Source: an uncultured bacterium (GTDB taxonomy: Bacteria > Patescibacteriota > Microgenomatia > Levybacterales > UBA12049). From it: a stretch of 64,000 bases of DNA. Numbering within the stretch: position 1 is the stretch's first letter; each line of letters starts with the position of its first letter. Shown here piece by piece: positions 16,679-27,070 of this stretch. Made by a program: the position numbers and the translations under genes. The DNA is taken from positions 576,809 through 640,808 of the forward strand of contig CAWGXL010000011.1 of NCBI GenBank assembly GCA_963826535.1. The letters run 5' to 3'. The notes beneath the pieces were generated by a model. It saw only the letters and a list, made by a program, of their open reading frames with translations. It was not told where the DNA came from and made no database searches.

Positions 16679-18856
16679 ATGCTTTTTCGTCCGGAGACTT
16701 CTTTGATGCCAAGTGTCCTGGCTTTATCGGGCTTCTTTATTGATAATTTTCCTCATATTTACTGGTATCCATATTGGTATTTGGGAAATCCGTTTCATTA
16801 TCTTATTGGCCCTGTGGCGCCGGTACTACTTATGTTTTTTACAGGAATTACACCTTTTTCTTTGTATTGTTTATATCTTGGTCTTATTGTAATAAGTGTT
16901 TTGGTTGGAGGATTTGGGATTTATTTGTTTGTTAGGGAGTGGGAGGAAGATAAGTTCAAAGTTCCCCACAAGGGGACTACCTTCTTCGAAGGGTCGCAAA
17001 GTTCAAAGTTTAAAGTTAAGGTTGGAAACTCGCATAGCGTGGCTTTGGATCAAAGTTACAAATTTGCTCCGGCTGCATTTATTTCGGGATTGTTGTATGT
17101 TTTGTTGCCGTTTTCGTGGTTTGGGTTGTATTACCAAAATGGTTTGAAGATGGTGGCTTTTGCGGTTATACCTTTTGTTTTTATTTTTTATAGAAGGTTT
17201 TTGCTTGCTCATGCCAAATCTTTATTTATTAATTATTTTTTTCTGGTTTTATTAATTGTTGTTTGTTTGCTGGTTACGATAAATGTTTTATTGCCGCTTA
17301 TAATTGGCGTGGCGGCAATATTTATTACTGTTGAAAGATTGCTTAACCGCGCAAAAATCTCCCCTGTTCCGCCCCTGTCAAGCAGGCGGCCTCCTCCCTT
17401 TGGTCGTCCGGCCCCCTCTTTAATAAAGAGGGAAACTCAATTAATTACACCCTTTAATAAAGGCGGAGAAGAGGGATTTCCCCGTAATGACAGTGCGTTG
17501 TGGGCATGGAGAGAGGAGAAAATAGTGCAAACTATAGTTGTTTTCTTTCTGGCTTTGAGTTTCGCAACCTTTTGGTATACACCCGGGTTTTGGTTTGTGC
17601 TGCTTACAAATCCTTCACTGGGTGGTGTACCTTTGTGGAACTTAATTGTTAATCTTTTTCATGCGGCTTTAAATTTTCTTCCTTTGATACTAGCAATACT
17701 GGTAGTAAAATGGCGGTCTCTTTCCTCTAAAAATCTGCGTGAAATTGGCGGGCGACGACCTTTCTTTTTCGCATTTTTGTTTTTCCTGTCCTTTTTATTT
17801 TTAACCATTGTCCGATTATTGGCTGATCCAAAATTTGTTATAGATTGGATCGGATTTTTTCCGGAACTGCAGTTTGGTGCGAGTATGCTAGGTGGTGTAT
17901 TGTGTGTTTGGTTGTTAGGAGGTAAGCGAGGTTTCAGCGGGCAAGAAAAAATTAAAATTTATTTATCGAGGGGGCTGGTGTTTGGGTTTGGAGCAATATT
18001 GGTGATTATAACCGGACTATTGATTTATAGTTTATTTTATTATTCAAAAAGTGACTATCAGAAACAAATACTTACTGTAATTCAACCGCATATAAAGGAT
18101 AAAAATGCAAGAGTTTTTTTGTCGGGTTCGGATGTTTTTTGGATTAATTCATTTTTGCCGCATATGCAAGTCCGGGGCGGGAATGAGGGAGGATCTATTC
18201 ATCCGTATTGGTCGCATGGTGCTTATCAAATTAGAGAAGGGGAAAAAGCAGCGCTTGCCGTGAATTGGTTAAAGATTTTTGGGAGTTCATATATCTTGCT
18301 TCACAAGCCTGAATCTTCCGATCCGTTTCATGATTTTAAACATCCGGAGAAATTTAAGCTTTTAGACTTATTGGCTGATAAAAACGGGGATATGCTGTAC
18401 AAGATTCCTAAGGCATATATTGCCCGTGTGGCAGACAGGAGCATTTTAGATTTAAAGAAACCAAAGGGCGGGGCAGATGAAAAAAGAGTTAGTGAATATG
18501 TAAGTAAATTTAAGCGTGAGGTTGGTTTTAACTATCTGTCGGGTGATACTTTTTCGGTAAAGAGTAATATTCTCAGCGGGGAAGTGATTAATTTGGCGTT
18601 GTCATATGATCCGTCATGGAAAATTGAGAGTGGCGAAGGACGAATTGTAGGTGATTCTTTGGGAAATTTGGTTATCGTGCCGAGTAGTACAGGAGTGCAG
18701 GAGTTTGTGCTTAAGTATGAAAAAGATAATGAATATTGGAAAACCTTGTTAGTTATTTTGATTTTAAGCGCGTTTCTTTGGAAATATAAATATATTTATC
18801 CGAGGCTGAGGAGATTGATGCCGAAGATTCATTTGGGGTTGGGTAAGGAGGAGTAA
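16679..18856 (+). CDS. YfhO/PTPS-related multi-pass membrane protein (GT-C-like), paralog 1
   Basis: WYPYWYLGNP motif, about 11 TM helices, soluble C-domain ending SYDPSWK + TM + GKEE; similar to 21347-23458; two in-frame repeat inserts. Confidence 0.75.
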   Translation: MLFRPETSLMPSVLALSGFFIDNFPHIYWYPYWYLGNPFHYLIGPVAPVLLMFFTGITPFSLYCLYLGLIVISVLVGGFGIYLFVREWEEDKFKVPHKGTTFFEGSQSSKFKVKVGNSHSVALDQSYKFAPAAFISGLLYVLLPFSWFGLYYQNGLKMVAFAVIPFVFIFYRRFLLAHAKSLFINYFFLVLLIVVCLLVTINVLLPLIIGVAAIFITVERLLNRAKISPVPPLSSRRPPPFGRPAPSLIKRETQLITPFNKGGEEGFPRNDSALWAWREEKIVQTIVVFFLALSFATFWYTPGFWFVLLTNPSLGGVPLWNLIVNLFHAALNFLPLILAILVVKWRSLSSKNLREIGGRRPFFFAFLFFLSFLFLTIVRLLADPKFVIDWIGFFPELQFGASMLGGVLCVWLLGGKRGFSGQEKIKIYLSRGLVFGFGAILVIITGLLIYSLFYYSKSDYQKQILTVIQPHIKDKNARVFLSGSDVFWINSFLPHMQVRGGNEGGSIHPYWSHGAYQIREGEKAALAVNWLKIFGSSYILLHKPESSDPFHDFKHPEKFKLLDLLADKNGDMLYKIPKAYIARVADRSILDLKKPKGGADEKRVSEYVSKFKREVGFNYLSGDTFSVKSNILSGEVINLALSYDPSWKIESGEGRIVGDSLGNLVIVPSSTGVQEFVLKYEKDNEYWKTLLVILILSAFLWKYKYIYPRLRRLMPKIHLGLGKEE
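16951..17020. repeat. in-frame CAAAGTT heptamer array with nested CCCCACAAGGGG hairpin
   Basis: Encodes KFKVPHKGTTFFEGSQSSKFKVK between TM helices; same layout as intergenic 30781-30860. Confidence 0.65.
17353..17492. repeat. in-frame family B element with nested TGTCAAGCA element
   Basis: AAAATCTCCCCT[insert]CCCCTCTTTAATAAAGAGGG, matching 3766-3810. Confidence 0.8.
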
Positions 18857-18889
18857 ATGCAAGTATTGGGACGTTCCAATTACTTTCAA

Positions 18890-19690
18890 TTAAGCAGCAT
18901 TTTGTTTCGGAATGAATTGATGGCCTGGATGATTTTGCTCCCATGATTGTGATAAGGTCTGAAATTTATCGCGGAGCGATGTAACCTCTGCTTCTCCCAA
19001 TTGTATTTCATCACCATTTGATATTTTGCTACCTTCTGTTGGTATAATCTCGTATTTATTCATTAACGTTCTGACATCCCCGTATAATTTTTTAAACTCT
19101 GGGGATTGAATTGGCTTGTCAGCTAACATATACATTTGTAAATGGCTTGAATGGGGATCTGACTCTTCTTTTCTATTTTTTCTTTCTTTTTTCTGAAACT
19201 TTAGGTCTTCGTCCATTATATGGGAAGCGACTTGATAGACAAACTTATCCTGAGGTAATTCATTTGCATCATATATGTTCCCTTCATATCCTCCAAACCA
19301 CGACATATCCCGTGGGTTTGGCTTATCTTGGTAAACCCGGTTGAATACCATCATTAAGCGTCCCCATTGGGATCGAAAGCCTGCATTATTTTCTAGAGCA
19401 GCTTTATCATCTAATACAAGTTTTTCGCCAGTCGATTCATCAATCTGTTCTTTCATATGTTCTTCAGGAACGCGTAGCCGTTCAATTTGTGGCTTCATCC
19501 GAGCTTCAAGAGCATCAACAGAGCCTATACCATCTCTATCGTACTGTCTTGCGATATGAATTGATATTAATAGCTGAAGGGTTGGGTTACCCTGAGAATG
19601 GTGAAACGACCAAAAAAAGTTACCTAGTATCTTTCTATCTAGAGGTTTCAAACCGTTTGCATGTTCCAACCCTTCTTTTAGGCCGTCCAT
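18890..19690 (-). CDS. hypothetical soluble protein
   Basis: 266-aa ORF with TGATATAAT ending 6 nt before the ATG; no motif recognised. Confidence 0.7.
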   Translation of the reverse strand: MDGLKEGLEHANGLKPLDRKILGNFFWSFHHSQGNPTLQLLISIHIARQYDRDGIGSVDALEARMKPQIERLRVPEEHMKEQIDESTGEKLVLDDKAALENNAGFRSQWGRLMMVFNRVYQDKPNPRDMSWFGGYEGNIYDANELPQDKFVYQVASHIMDEDLKFQKKERKNRKEESDPHSSHLQMYMLADKPIQSPEFKKLYGDVRTLMNKYEIIPTEGSKISNGDEIQLGEAEVTSLRDKFQTLSQSWEQNHPGHQFIPKQNAA

Positions 19691-19781
19691 AATTTAATTA
19701 TATCATTCCCTAGGGTAAATCTGAAAAATCTAGAAAGGATAACTTGCATTTTGGGATTTCTCCTCGGTATTATTAATTAGT

Positions 19782-21104
19782 ATGGAAAAAAATGCGGATA
19801 TTAAGCGGGGAGTGGATTTTGAGACGCGGGTGGATGCTGCTTTGTCGCTTAGTGAGGCGATTGCCTGGTGGAAAGGGGGGCGGCTTAATAAGAGGACTCT
19901 TTTATTCCTGTTGTCTGTTTGTATATTAAATATTATTATTGTTTTTCCGATTTTTGGGCGTGATTTGACTTCAGCGTATTCATCGAGTTCATTTTTGGTT
20001 TTGATAAGTGAATTTTTTCAGAGGTTAAATCTTTCGCAACATGCCTTTTTTTCTGTTCTGACTTTTTTTTCTTTGACTTTTGCTCCAATCAGCATTTATC
20101 TTTTTGTCCGGAAAATAACAATGAGGAATGAGATAACTGCTTTAATCTCAACTTTACTTTTTATTCTGCCTAATCCATTTTTGGGAAATGTACCTATTCT
20201 TGTAGCAGCAGTTTTAAAGGGAGACGGGGCACATGTTATGGCGGTTTCTTTTATTCCGTTTTTTCTTCTCTATGTGCAAATGTTTATTGCGACGGGAGTT
20301 CCGGTACTTTTTTTCCTGACCGCGATCGGGATTTCATATATCGCAGTTATATCGCCTTTCGCAGCATTTAATTTCATTATTATTTTTGGCGTTTTGATAA
20401 TCGCGGAAGGATTTCAGGGGAATTTGCGTATTAAAGTTATCCGGGCTTTCATTTTATTGCTAACTGCAGGTGGCTTGTCCATTTTTTGGTATTATCCGAG
20501 TACGGTGTTAAAATTTGTGGAATCGCCTTATATTCAAACCACAATGGATAAGTTTTTAGGGATACTGCCGGCCGCAATTCCAATTATTCCTGTGGCCGGA
20601 GCTTTGTCATTTCTTATTTTTGACCGACGGGCGCAATTGAAGCCGGTTTTTTTAAGTTTGTCTATTTTTTTAATATATGTTTCGTTGTACTTTGTAAATA
20701 GCCAGTTGAGTATAGTTGGAATATTTAGCGCGGAGCGATATTTGCCGGAGCTTACTTTGTCCGCATCGTTGATTCTGGCGATACTTTTTGTGCTATTACT
20801 AGAGCTTGTTATCAGGCGTGCGTATGCGAAAATGAACGCGAGACATGTGTTTTTTGGTTTTATGTTTTTGATTACTTTTGGAGTTGCTATTGTTGGTTTT
20901 ATGACTTTTTCAGGGATCGGTACAGTGCATGCATTTATACAGACAGAACAAATTATTGGAAGTTATAATGAAGGTGTTTTTGGGCTGGGAGGGTTTATTG
21001 ATTTGCGTGATATAACTTCAATTGGCGCAAGTTTAGTGTCTTTGATTACTTTTGCTTTTTTAGTATATATTTTGCGTAAGTATCCTTCGGTTGTGAAGAG
21101 GTGA
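19782..21104 (+). CDS. multi-pass membrane protein, divergent short member of the PTPS-related/GT-C-like family (paralog 2)
   Basis: About 12 TM helices; GDGAHV (cf. GEGPHI in 21347), GLSIFWYYP, AERY. Confidence 0.7.
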   Translation: MEKNADIKRGVDFETRVDAALSLSEAIAWWKGGRLNKRTLLFLLSVCILNIIIVFPIFGRDLTSAYSSSSFLVLISEFFQRLNLSQHAFFSVLTFFSLTFAPISIYLFVRKITMRNEITALISTLLFILPNPFLGNVPILVAAVLKGDGAHVMAVSFIPFFLLYVQMFIATGVPVLFFLTAIGISYIAVISPFAAFNFIIIFGVLIIAEGFQGNLRIKVIRAFILLLTAGGLSIFWYYPSTVLKFVESPYIQTTMDKFLGILPAAIPIIPVAGALSFLIFDRRAQLKPVFLSLSIFLIYVSLYFVNSQLSIVGIFSAERYLPELTLSASLILAILFVLLLELVIRRAYAKMNARHVFFGFMFLITFGVAIVGFMTFSGIGTVHAFIQTEQIIGSYNEGVFGLGGFIDLRDITSIGASLVSLITFAFLVYILRKYPSVVKR

Positions 21105-21131
21105 AATATTAATATTGCTTCTTTTTATTTC

Positions 21132-21262
21132 GCGATGAATACACTTTTTCTAGTCATCGGACCTTTAACTATTTGTGAAAATGATGCCTAAGAATTAGTT
21201 GCTTATTACATTTAAGTTAATATTGCCTATCATTCATTCCTACGAAAAAGTGTATTCCTCGC
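21132..21262. mobile_element. MITE-like element with 19-bp terminal inverted repeats
   Basis: GCGATGAATACACTTTTTC...GAAAAAGTGTATTCCTCGC (18/19), flanked by TTTATTT on both sides. Confidence 0.5.
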
Positions 21263-21346
21263 TTTATTTTTACTCATATATTATCTTTTGGCGATATGTT
21301 GAATATAAGTATTAATAATTTTTGCAAAACCTGCTAAGATGGGGTT

Positions 21347-23458
21347 GTGAGGGCGGCAAAATTTTTATTGGGGTTACTTCTTGTATTGGCGAGTATTGCC
21401 GCTATTCTTTGGGTTAATTTTCAAATTATTGGCGGATGGTTTGGAAAGAATGGGCCGGCTGATGTGGGATCGATCGAGGTTTCGTATGTTTCGATGGCGA
21501 GGTTTATAGTTGATTTCGGTTCGCCATTTACAGGGTCCAGTTGGAATCCGTTATGGTATTTTGGATTTCCAACGCATTTGTTTTATACGCCTCTTCTACC
21601 TTTTCTAGAAGTTTTTCTGCATTTGTTAAATGGCACACCTTTGTGGGCTGCGTACAGATTTGTTACGGGGCTCGGTTTTATTCTCGCGCCTGTTTCGTTA
21701 TTTTTTCTGGGGTGGCTGTTGTCGAGGCGGGTAATTGGAGGGGCGATTGCCGGTATGTTATTTTCGGTAAGCCCGACTATTTTTTATTGGTTGAATAGCG
21801 GGGTAGCGGGTGATAAGTTTTCGTCTGATTTCTGGGATCCGCGGAGATTTACAATTTTGGTGAGATGGGGCGAGGGGCCGCATATATTGTCATTGGTGTT
21901 TGTACCATTGGTCGGTGTTTGTTTTGCAAGATATCTGGAGACAAAGAAATTTTACTGGTTGCTGCTTGCGGCAATTTGCTTGGGTCTGGCAGGCTTGACC
22001 AATGCCATTGGGCTTTTTGCGAGTATTCTCATTATTGTTGTGATGAGTTTTGTTAAATACGCACAGCAGCCGGCGTCACGAAACACAACTATGCGTGCCG
22101 GATTTTTCACAGGAGTTTTGGCTTTTGGTCTTATTTCATTCTGGTACAATTTGTCATTTATTTTAAATTTTTTTGCCGAGGGTGGGGGGACCGGAAAAAT
22201 GCTGGTCGAGTTATTTCCCTGGGGTTGGATCGCCGGGATTTTCGCTATTATTTTTGTTTATTTTATATTTAATAAAGTTATACGGCATTTTGGTCTGGCT
22301 GTGTCACTTTTGTGGTTTGCGATTTTCTTCACAGTTGTTTATGTCTATTATTCTACGGAAACAATCGAGCTTTTGCCGCAGGCGCTGCGTTACAATGTTG
22401 AAGTTGATATGAGTTTGTCGCTGTTGTTGGGGGTTGGATTTGCGGGAATAGTGGATTTGTTAGCTAAGAGAGCAAGAGTATTAGGGTATGCGGTTCAAGG
22501 GATAGGCTTTTTATGTATCTTAGGTTTCGTAGGGTATATTCAACCATTTATTCCGACTGCTTACAAAGCCGCAAGTAATGTTGTAGATATTAAAAAAACA
22601 GGTGAATACGAAATTGCTACATGGCTTGATGCTCATGTAGAAACGCAGATAGGAACGAGGGTTTTTGTGCCGGGCAATTATGGATTCTATCTGAATTATT
22701 TTACAAACTTATGGCAGCATAGAGGTGCGCTTTTCCAGGCGGCAATTCATTCCTGGCCTGAACATATGCATTATCAAATGGCAACCGGAAAAAATGCCGA
22801 AATCGCCCACGCATGGCTGGTTATAGCAAATGCGAAATTTGTTGTAGTTTCGGCCAGGGAGATGTATCACGAAATAAAGTATCCCGAGAGGTTCCGTAAT
22901 TATGAAGTAGTTTATGATCAAAATGGAGATATAATTTATGAAGTGCCCCTCAAAAGATCATCAGTTGCGAAGCCGGTAAATTTGGCACAACTCGCAAGAC
23001 TAACTACTCCGGAGAAAGGTGATGATAAAAAAGCGCTTCTTGCTTATGCAGATTGGGTCGAGAATTCGTCTGTAAAAACGACGCACTTTACTATTGTGAA
23101 TAATGACACATATAAGATTGAGGGAACAGTTGGAGAAGGGGAGGGGATATTGGTTCAAATGGCAGCAGATAGCGGTTGGAGAGCGAAAGATAATTTGACA
23201 GGAAAGGGAATAAATATTAAGACAGACCCTATGGACTTTATGGTACTTACCCCGCAAGTCCCGCTAAGCGGGATTGGGGACGGTCCTGTTGACATTACAT
23301 TGACCCATGGAAAGAGTTTAGATGAATGGGTGGGGTATTTAGTATCTCTGGGAACTGTGGTGTTTGTAGTGTGGTATGGGGTTGTCGGGAGGAAATATCT
23401 GCATTTTTCAAAAGTGATAAATAGTAAAAAAGAAGTGGAGAAAAAAAGAGATAATTAA
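21347..23458 (+). CDS. YfhO/PTPS-related multi-pass membrane protein (GT-C-like), paralog 3
   Basis: WNPLWYFGFP..YTPL, WGEGPH, soluble C-domain, DSGW..DPMDFMVL, terminal TM. Confidence 0.8.
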   Translation: MRAAKFLLGLLLVLASIAAILWVNFQIIGGWFGKNGPADVGSIEVSYVSMARFIVDFGSPFTGSSWNPLWYFGFPTHLFYTPLLPFLEVFLHLLNGTPLWAAYRFVTGLGFILAPVSLFFLGWLLSRRVIGGAIAGMLFSVSPTIFYWLNSGVAGDKFSSDFWDPRRFTILVRWGEGPHILSLVFVPLVGVCFARYLETKKFYWLLLAAICLGLAGLTNAIGLFASILIIVVMSFVKYAQQPASRNTTMRAGFFTGVLAFGLISFWYNLSFILNFFAEGGGTGKMLVELFPWGWIAGIFAIIFVYFIFNKVIRHFGLAVSLLWFAIFFTVVYVYYSTETIELLPQALRYNVEVDMSLSLLLGVGFAGIVDLLAKRARVLGYAVQGIGFLCILGFVGYIQPFIPTAYKAASNVVDIKKTGEYEIATWLDAHVETQIGTRVFVPGNYGFYLNYFTNLWQHRGALFQAAIHSWPEHMHYQMATGKNAEIAHAWLVIANAKFVVVSAREMYHEIKYPERFRNYEVVYDQNGDIIYEVPLKRSSVAKPVNLAQLARLTTPEKGDDKKALLAYADWVENSSVKTTHFTIVNNDTYKIEGTVGEGEGILVQMAADSGWRAKDNLTGKGINIKTDPMDFMVLTPQVPLSGIGDGPVDITLTHGKSLDEWVGYLVSLGTVVFVVWYGVVGRKYLHFSKVINSKKEVEKKRDN

Positions 23459-23466
23459 ATTTTATA

Positions 23467-24138
23467 TCATCTTTGATGAGAACCTGTGGCTTTGGAGTGA
23501 GATTGCTTTACTTCATCTTTTTCAAAAATAATCATACTATCATAAATATGAATACTTTTCAGAGTGCGCGTAATGTCGTTAATTTTTAATCTATGATCAC
23601 GCGCATGCCATGCGTGAATCTGGTCTATTAGATCTTTTGTAAATTCTATAAATGTGCCATTTTTTTTATATCCACCTCCAAAATCCTTCCAGTAACTGGT
23701 ATGTAAGTCTTCTGTAACATAAATACCCCTACTTTTAATTGCGGGAAATATTTTCTGAAAAGTAATAATTTGCTGCTTCATGAAATGTCCGCCGTCATCA
23801 ATCACAATGTCTATCTCCCCCGTATTTTTAATTAGATTTTTTAGGAAAGAACTATCGCTCTGATCTCCGATGTGGATTTCAATTTGGTCTTCTATTACAT
23901 CCTTACACCGGGAATCGATGTCAACTCCAATTATTTTGGCTTTCTTGCCAAAATAGTGTTTCCACATTTGAAGTGACCCGCCGTAAGCTACACCAAATTC
24001 AAGTACTGTCACTTCTTTTCCGCGATATTTTGAAAAGTATTGGTGATAGATGTCAAAATAATGAACCCACTTGATTATTCCACGTTTTTTATTATTTCGA
24101 AAATATTTCTCAAGAGGATTAGAGGTAGACGAGTGCAT
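23467..24138 (-). CDS. class I SAM-dependent (sugar O-)methyltransferase
   Basis: KWVHYFDIY, VLEFGVAYGGSL, IGDQSD, DIVIDDGGH, EDLHTSYW. Confidence 0.9.
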   Translation of the reverse strand: MHSSTSNPLEKYFRNNKKRGIIKWVHYFDIYHQYFSKYRGKEVTVLEFGVAYGGSLQMWKHYFGKKAKIIGVDIDSRCKDVIEDQIEIHIGDQSDSSFLKNLIKNTGEIDIVIDDGGHFMKQQIITFQKIFPAIKSRGIYVTEDLHTSYWKDFGGGYKKNGTFIEFTKDLIDQIHAWHARDHRLKINDITRTLKSIHIYDSMIIFEKDEVKQSHSKATGSHQR

Positions 24139-24187
24139 TATTAAATTATTATAGCAGGATTTATTTTATGTGTAATATTTTTACAGT

Positions 24188-24290
24188 ATGACAAAAAGTA
24201 AAAATAATGGCCCTCTTATCTGTAATGTGACCGTTGCCTATAAAGATGATAAAGACCTCTCCGGACTTTTACAGAGTATTGAGCAGTTTG
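24188..24290 (+). pseudogene. possible 5' fragment of a GT2 glycosyltransferase
   Basis: MTKSKNNGPLICNVTVAYKDDKDLSGLLQSIEQFENQN resembles GT2 strand 1/helix 1, then runs into the convergent gene. Confidence 0.35.
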
Positions 24291-24294
24291 AAAA

Positions 24295-25368
24295 TCAGAA
24301 TTTTTCTTCCGAGGGCTTAGTGCCTTTTATTATTTTTATTAACTGCTGAACCCTCAAGCCTTCCTTTATAGACGGTTTCATTTGTTGCTTATTTATGCAC
24401 GCAAGCGTAAACCTTTCGGCTATCTTTTTTATAACCTCAACTCTTGCTTTTTCGTCAGTCTTTGTGGAAATATTAGTTTTAGATTCTGGATTCCCGCCTT
24501 CGCGGGAATGACGATTGCGTAAGGCGTAAATAATTGGTTTTTTTCCATTATCGGTATAAATTGTGATTATAAAGTTTTTGACAAAACCGTTTTTGTTTTC
24601 GAGTATTATTGTTCCTCTTTTACATTTAAATATTAGTTGATGTCGGTTAAGTCCAACTGTATCGCAAGAAAGGTGAGCCATGCCGCGAGTTTTATTTTTG
24701 AAACCGAATAAAAGATCTACACCTACTTCTGCTTTGTTTAAGCTTTTTTTAGAATAAGAGAAATTACTTTTGATATCGTTTATTTCTCCACCAAAATATT
24801 CCAAATAATAAAGAGTGTGAGAAAAGTAGAAAGACAAGGCACCCCCTCCAATGGATGGGTCAGTTTTCCATGTTGAAATTTTGTTTTTAAGATCGAAGCT
24901 CAGAAAATTCCAGTTGACTGTAATATGTTTTAGTTTTCCGTACTTATTATTATCTAGTAATTTTTTTACTTTTATCCATTCATCTATTTCGGGGAAAATA
25001 AAATCGACCGCGTGGGTAATTTTATATTTAACAGCCAGAGCATAAAGAATCTTTGCGTGTTCATAGGTGTCTGCAAGAGGTTTTTCAGCAAATATATGAA
25101 TTCCTTTTTGTATCGCGGTTTTTGCAATAGTGTATTGCGCGGCTGGGGTGACTGCTATTGCAAGCGCGTCTAATTTTTCCTTATCAAGCATTTCCCGCCA
25201 GTCGGTATAAGTATTTTTTAATCCCAGGCTAAAATAATATTTGGATAAGCGCTGCGGGTTATTTGCGCAGACGGCAACTATTGTGCAATTTTTTAGTGAA
25301 TAAAAAGCGGGAAGAAGTCCATATAAGCCAAAGCCGGAACCTATAATGCCAACTTTTATAATAGCCAT
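24295..25368 (-). CDS. Gfo/Idh/MocA family oxidoreductase
   Basis: VGIIGSGFG, HIFAEKPLA, GGGAL; start MAIIK preceded by TATAAT; in-frame repeat RHSREGGNP. Confidence 0.9.
   Translation of the reverse strand: MAIIKVGIIGSGFGLYGLLPAFYSLKNCTIVAVCANNPQRLSKYYFSLGLKNTYTDWREMLDKEKLDALAIAVTPAAQYTIAKTAIQKGIHIFAEKPLADTYEHAKILYALAVKYKITHAVDFIFPEIDEWIKVKKLLDNNKYGKLKHITVNWNFLSFDLKNKISTWKTDPSIGGGALSFYFSHTLYYLEYFGGEINDIKSNFSYSKKSLNKAEVGVDLLFGFKNKTRGMAHLSCDTVGLNRHQLIFKCKRGTIILENKNGFVKNFIITIYTDNGKKPIIYALRNRHSREGGNPESKTNISTKTDEKARVEVIKKIAERFTLACINKQQMKPSIKEGLRVQQLIKIIKGTKPSEEKF
24486..24513. repeat. family A palindrome, in frame inside the oxidoreductase
   Basis: CTGGATTCCCGCCTTCGCGGGAATGACG, nearly identical to 732-760. 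Confidence 0.85.
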
Positions 25369-25419
25369 TTGGAGTATTATATGGCAAAAAGGTATCATTT
25401 GGTATAATAGCGTTTAAAG

Positions 25420-26097
25420 ATGAAGCTATTTACTATTCGTCATGGTGCTTATGAAGATAAATTTGATAGTCAGGGAAGAAAACTTATTCATACTCCTGAT
25501 TCTGCATTAGATACATTAGGCAGACTGCAAACATACCAGTTGTGTAAGATATTCAAAATACGGGGAATTACTTTTGACGCAATCTATACCAGTCCCTATA
25601 GGAGAGCTAAAGAAATGGCAGGTTTGGCAGCTAGAAGTTTAAATATTCATAAAGTTTCTGAAATTGATGGGCTTAAGGATGTATTTCCAAATAGCGCAAA
25701 CGGTAAGCCATGGGAAGATCTTGAGAAAATTGGGGGTGATATATATGCTTATCCATTGGACGATGATCCACAAGAAAGTCTCAATCAGCTTGTTGACAGG
25801 TCCAGGCGAACAATAAGAGATATCATTGCTGAGGTAAGAGAAAAAAATTTTCAATCGATTGCATATGTATCTCACGGTGATACGATTTCAGCTATTGACT
25901 GGGCTCTGCGTAATTCAGAGAACCCAACTTTTTATGGTGAAATGAAACGTGCATTTTATCTGCAGAAAGCTGAGGCATTTGGGTACACACTTGACGCAAG
26001 CATGAGATTATCTGCTGAGGGGAAAATAATTACACTTGAGGCAGCGAAAGAAAGCATTGAGGGTTTCAGGGGTTTTAGAAACAGTAAAGAGATGTAA
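25420..26097 (+). CDS. histidine phosphatase (PGM-like) family protein
   Basis: IRHG, YTSPYRRA, VSHG. Confidence 0.9.
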   Translation: MKLFTIRHGAYEDKFDSQGRKLIHTPDSALDTLGRLQTYQLCKIFKIRGITFDAIYTSPYRRAKEMAGLAARSLNIHKVSEIDGLKDVFPNSANGKPWEDLEKIGGDIYAYPLDDDPQESLNQLVDRSRRTIRDIIAEVREKNFQSIAYVSHGDTISAIDWALRNSENPTFYGEMKRAFYLQKAEAFGYTLDASMRLSAEGKIITLEAAKESIEGFRGFRNSKEM

Positions 26098-26142
26098 TTT
26101 GGAACCCACGGGACTAATCGCGGCGTAGTTTTAGTCTCGATA

Positions 26143-27003
26143 TTATTTAATCTTATCAAGCATTTTTCTATGTGAGGCTCTTACAAAATGTCCATCATTT
26201 GGCGGATTTGCATCTATCAATGAAACCGGAGGAATAAGATATACGTGTCGCGCTACATCTGACCATTTTCCTGGCCCGGTTGACAGAATATCAATAGTAT
26301 CGATGGCTGCATCAGAGTCTTTTGGTATTGATTTATTTATTCTATGTAGAGTATCTAGAAAAGGTACTGATCCTCCAACAGCTTTAGGCGGATGAGGAAA
26401 TCTTCCAACAGTAGAAAATATCACATCATATCCTCCCGGTCTTTCTACAATAGGTAAACCTGTCTGCCCAATTATATCGCTCATTTGTTTTTTGACCTCG
26501 AGTATTTTTGTGTCTTTATTGGGTAAAAATGCTGCTACAATTGAAACAGAATTTTGAGGCCGATCGATAGATGGCATAACCCGATACAATTGTAGATTTA
26601 TAGATCCGGGTGGATGTGTAAATCCTTTTTGCAATGCTTGATAGTATGTTCTTACCGCAACAGCGTCTATCCCAGCTGCTTTTCTTCCTTTTTCGTTAAA
26701 TTCAAGATCACGAAGCGTTACATGTTGAAAGCTACGCGGCACAAAGTGTATATCCGGCTCAACTGCTTTTAGTTGCGTTTCAACTTTTTGTAAATATTCC
26801 TCTACCTGTCCTTTAATAAAACCGATGGTGGTTACAGAATACCTATCATCTCCTGTTTCACCTGTTAAAATGGGGTTATCTACAGTTTCACCTGCTTGAA
26901 TAAGTCGAATAGCATGTTTTTCTCTATCTTTATATTCGCTTTTTAAGCGTTCTTGAACTGCTTCAAGGCTTTCAGGCGACTTCTCACCTTCACCAAATGT
27001 CAT
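26143..27003 (-). CDS. hypothetical protein, possible 2H-phosphoesterase fold
   Basis: QHVTL motif and a degenerate second motif FSTVGRF; start MTFGE with TGGTATAAT ending 6 nt upstream. Confidence 0.6.
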   Translation of the reverse strand: MTFGEGEKSPESLEAVQERLKSEYKDREKHAIRLIQAGETVDNPILTGETGDDRYSVTTIGFIKGQVEEYLQKVETQLKAVEPDIHFVPRSFQHVTLRDLEFNEKGRKAAGIDAVAVRTYYQALQKGFTHPPGSINLQLYRVMPSIDRPQNSVSIVAAFLPNKDTKILEVKKQMSDIIGQTGLPIVERPGGYDVIFSTVGRFPHPPKAVGGSVPFLDTLHRINKSIPKDSDAAIDTIDILSTGPGKWSDVARHVYLIPPVSLIDANPPNDGHFVRASHRKMLDKIK

Positions 27004-27070
27004 AAAAAAATTATACCATTGAAAAGTCAAAAAATAATTTCAGTTTCTAAGAGACCTTTTAAATAGGCAC

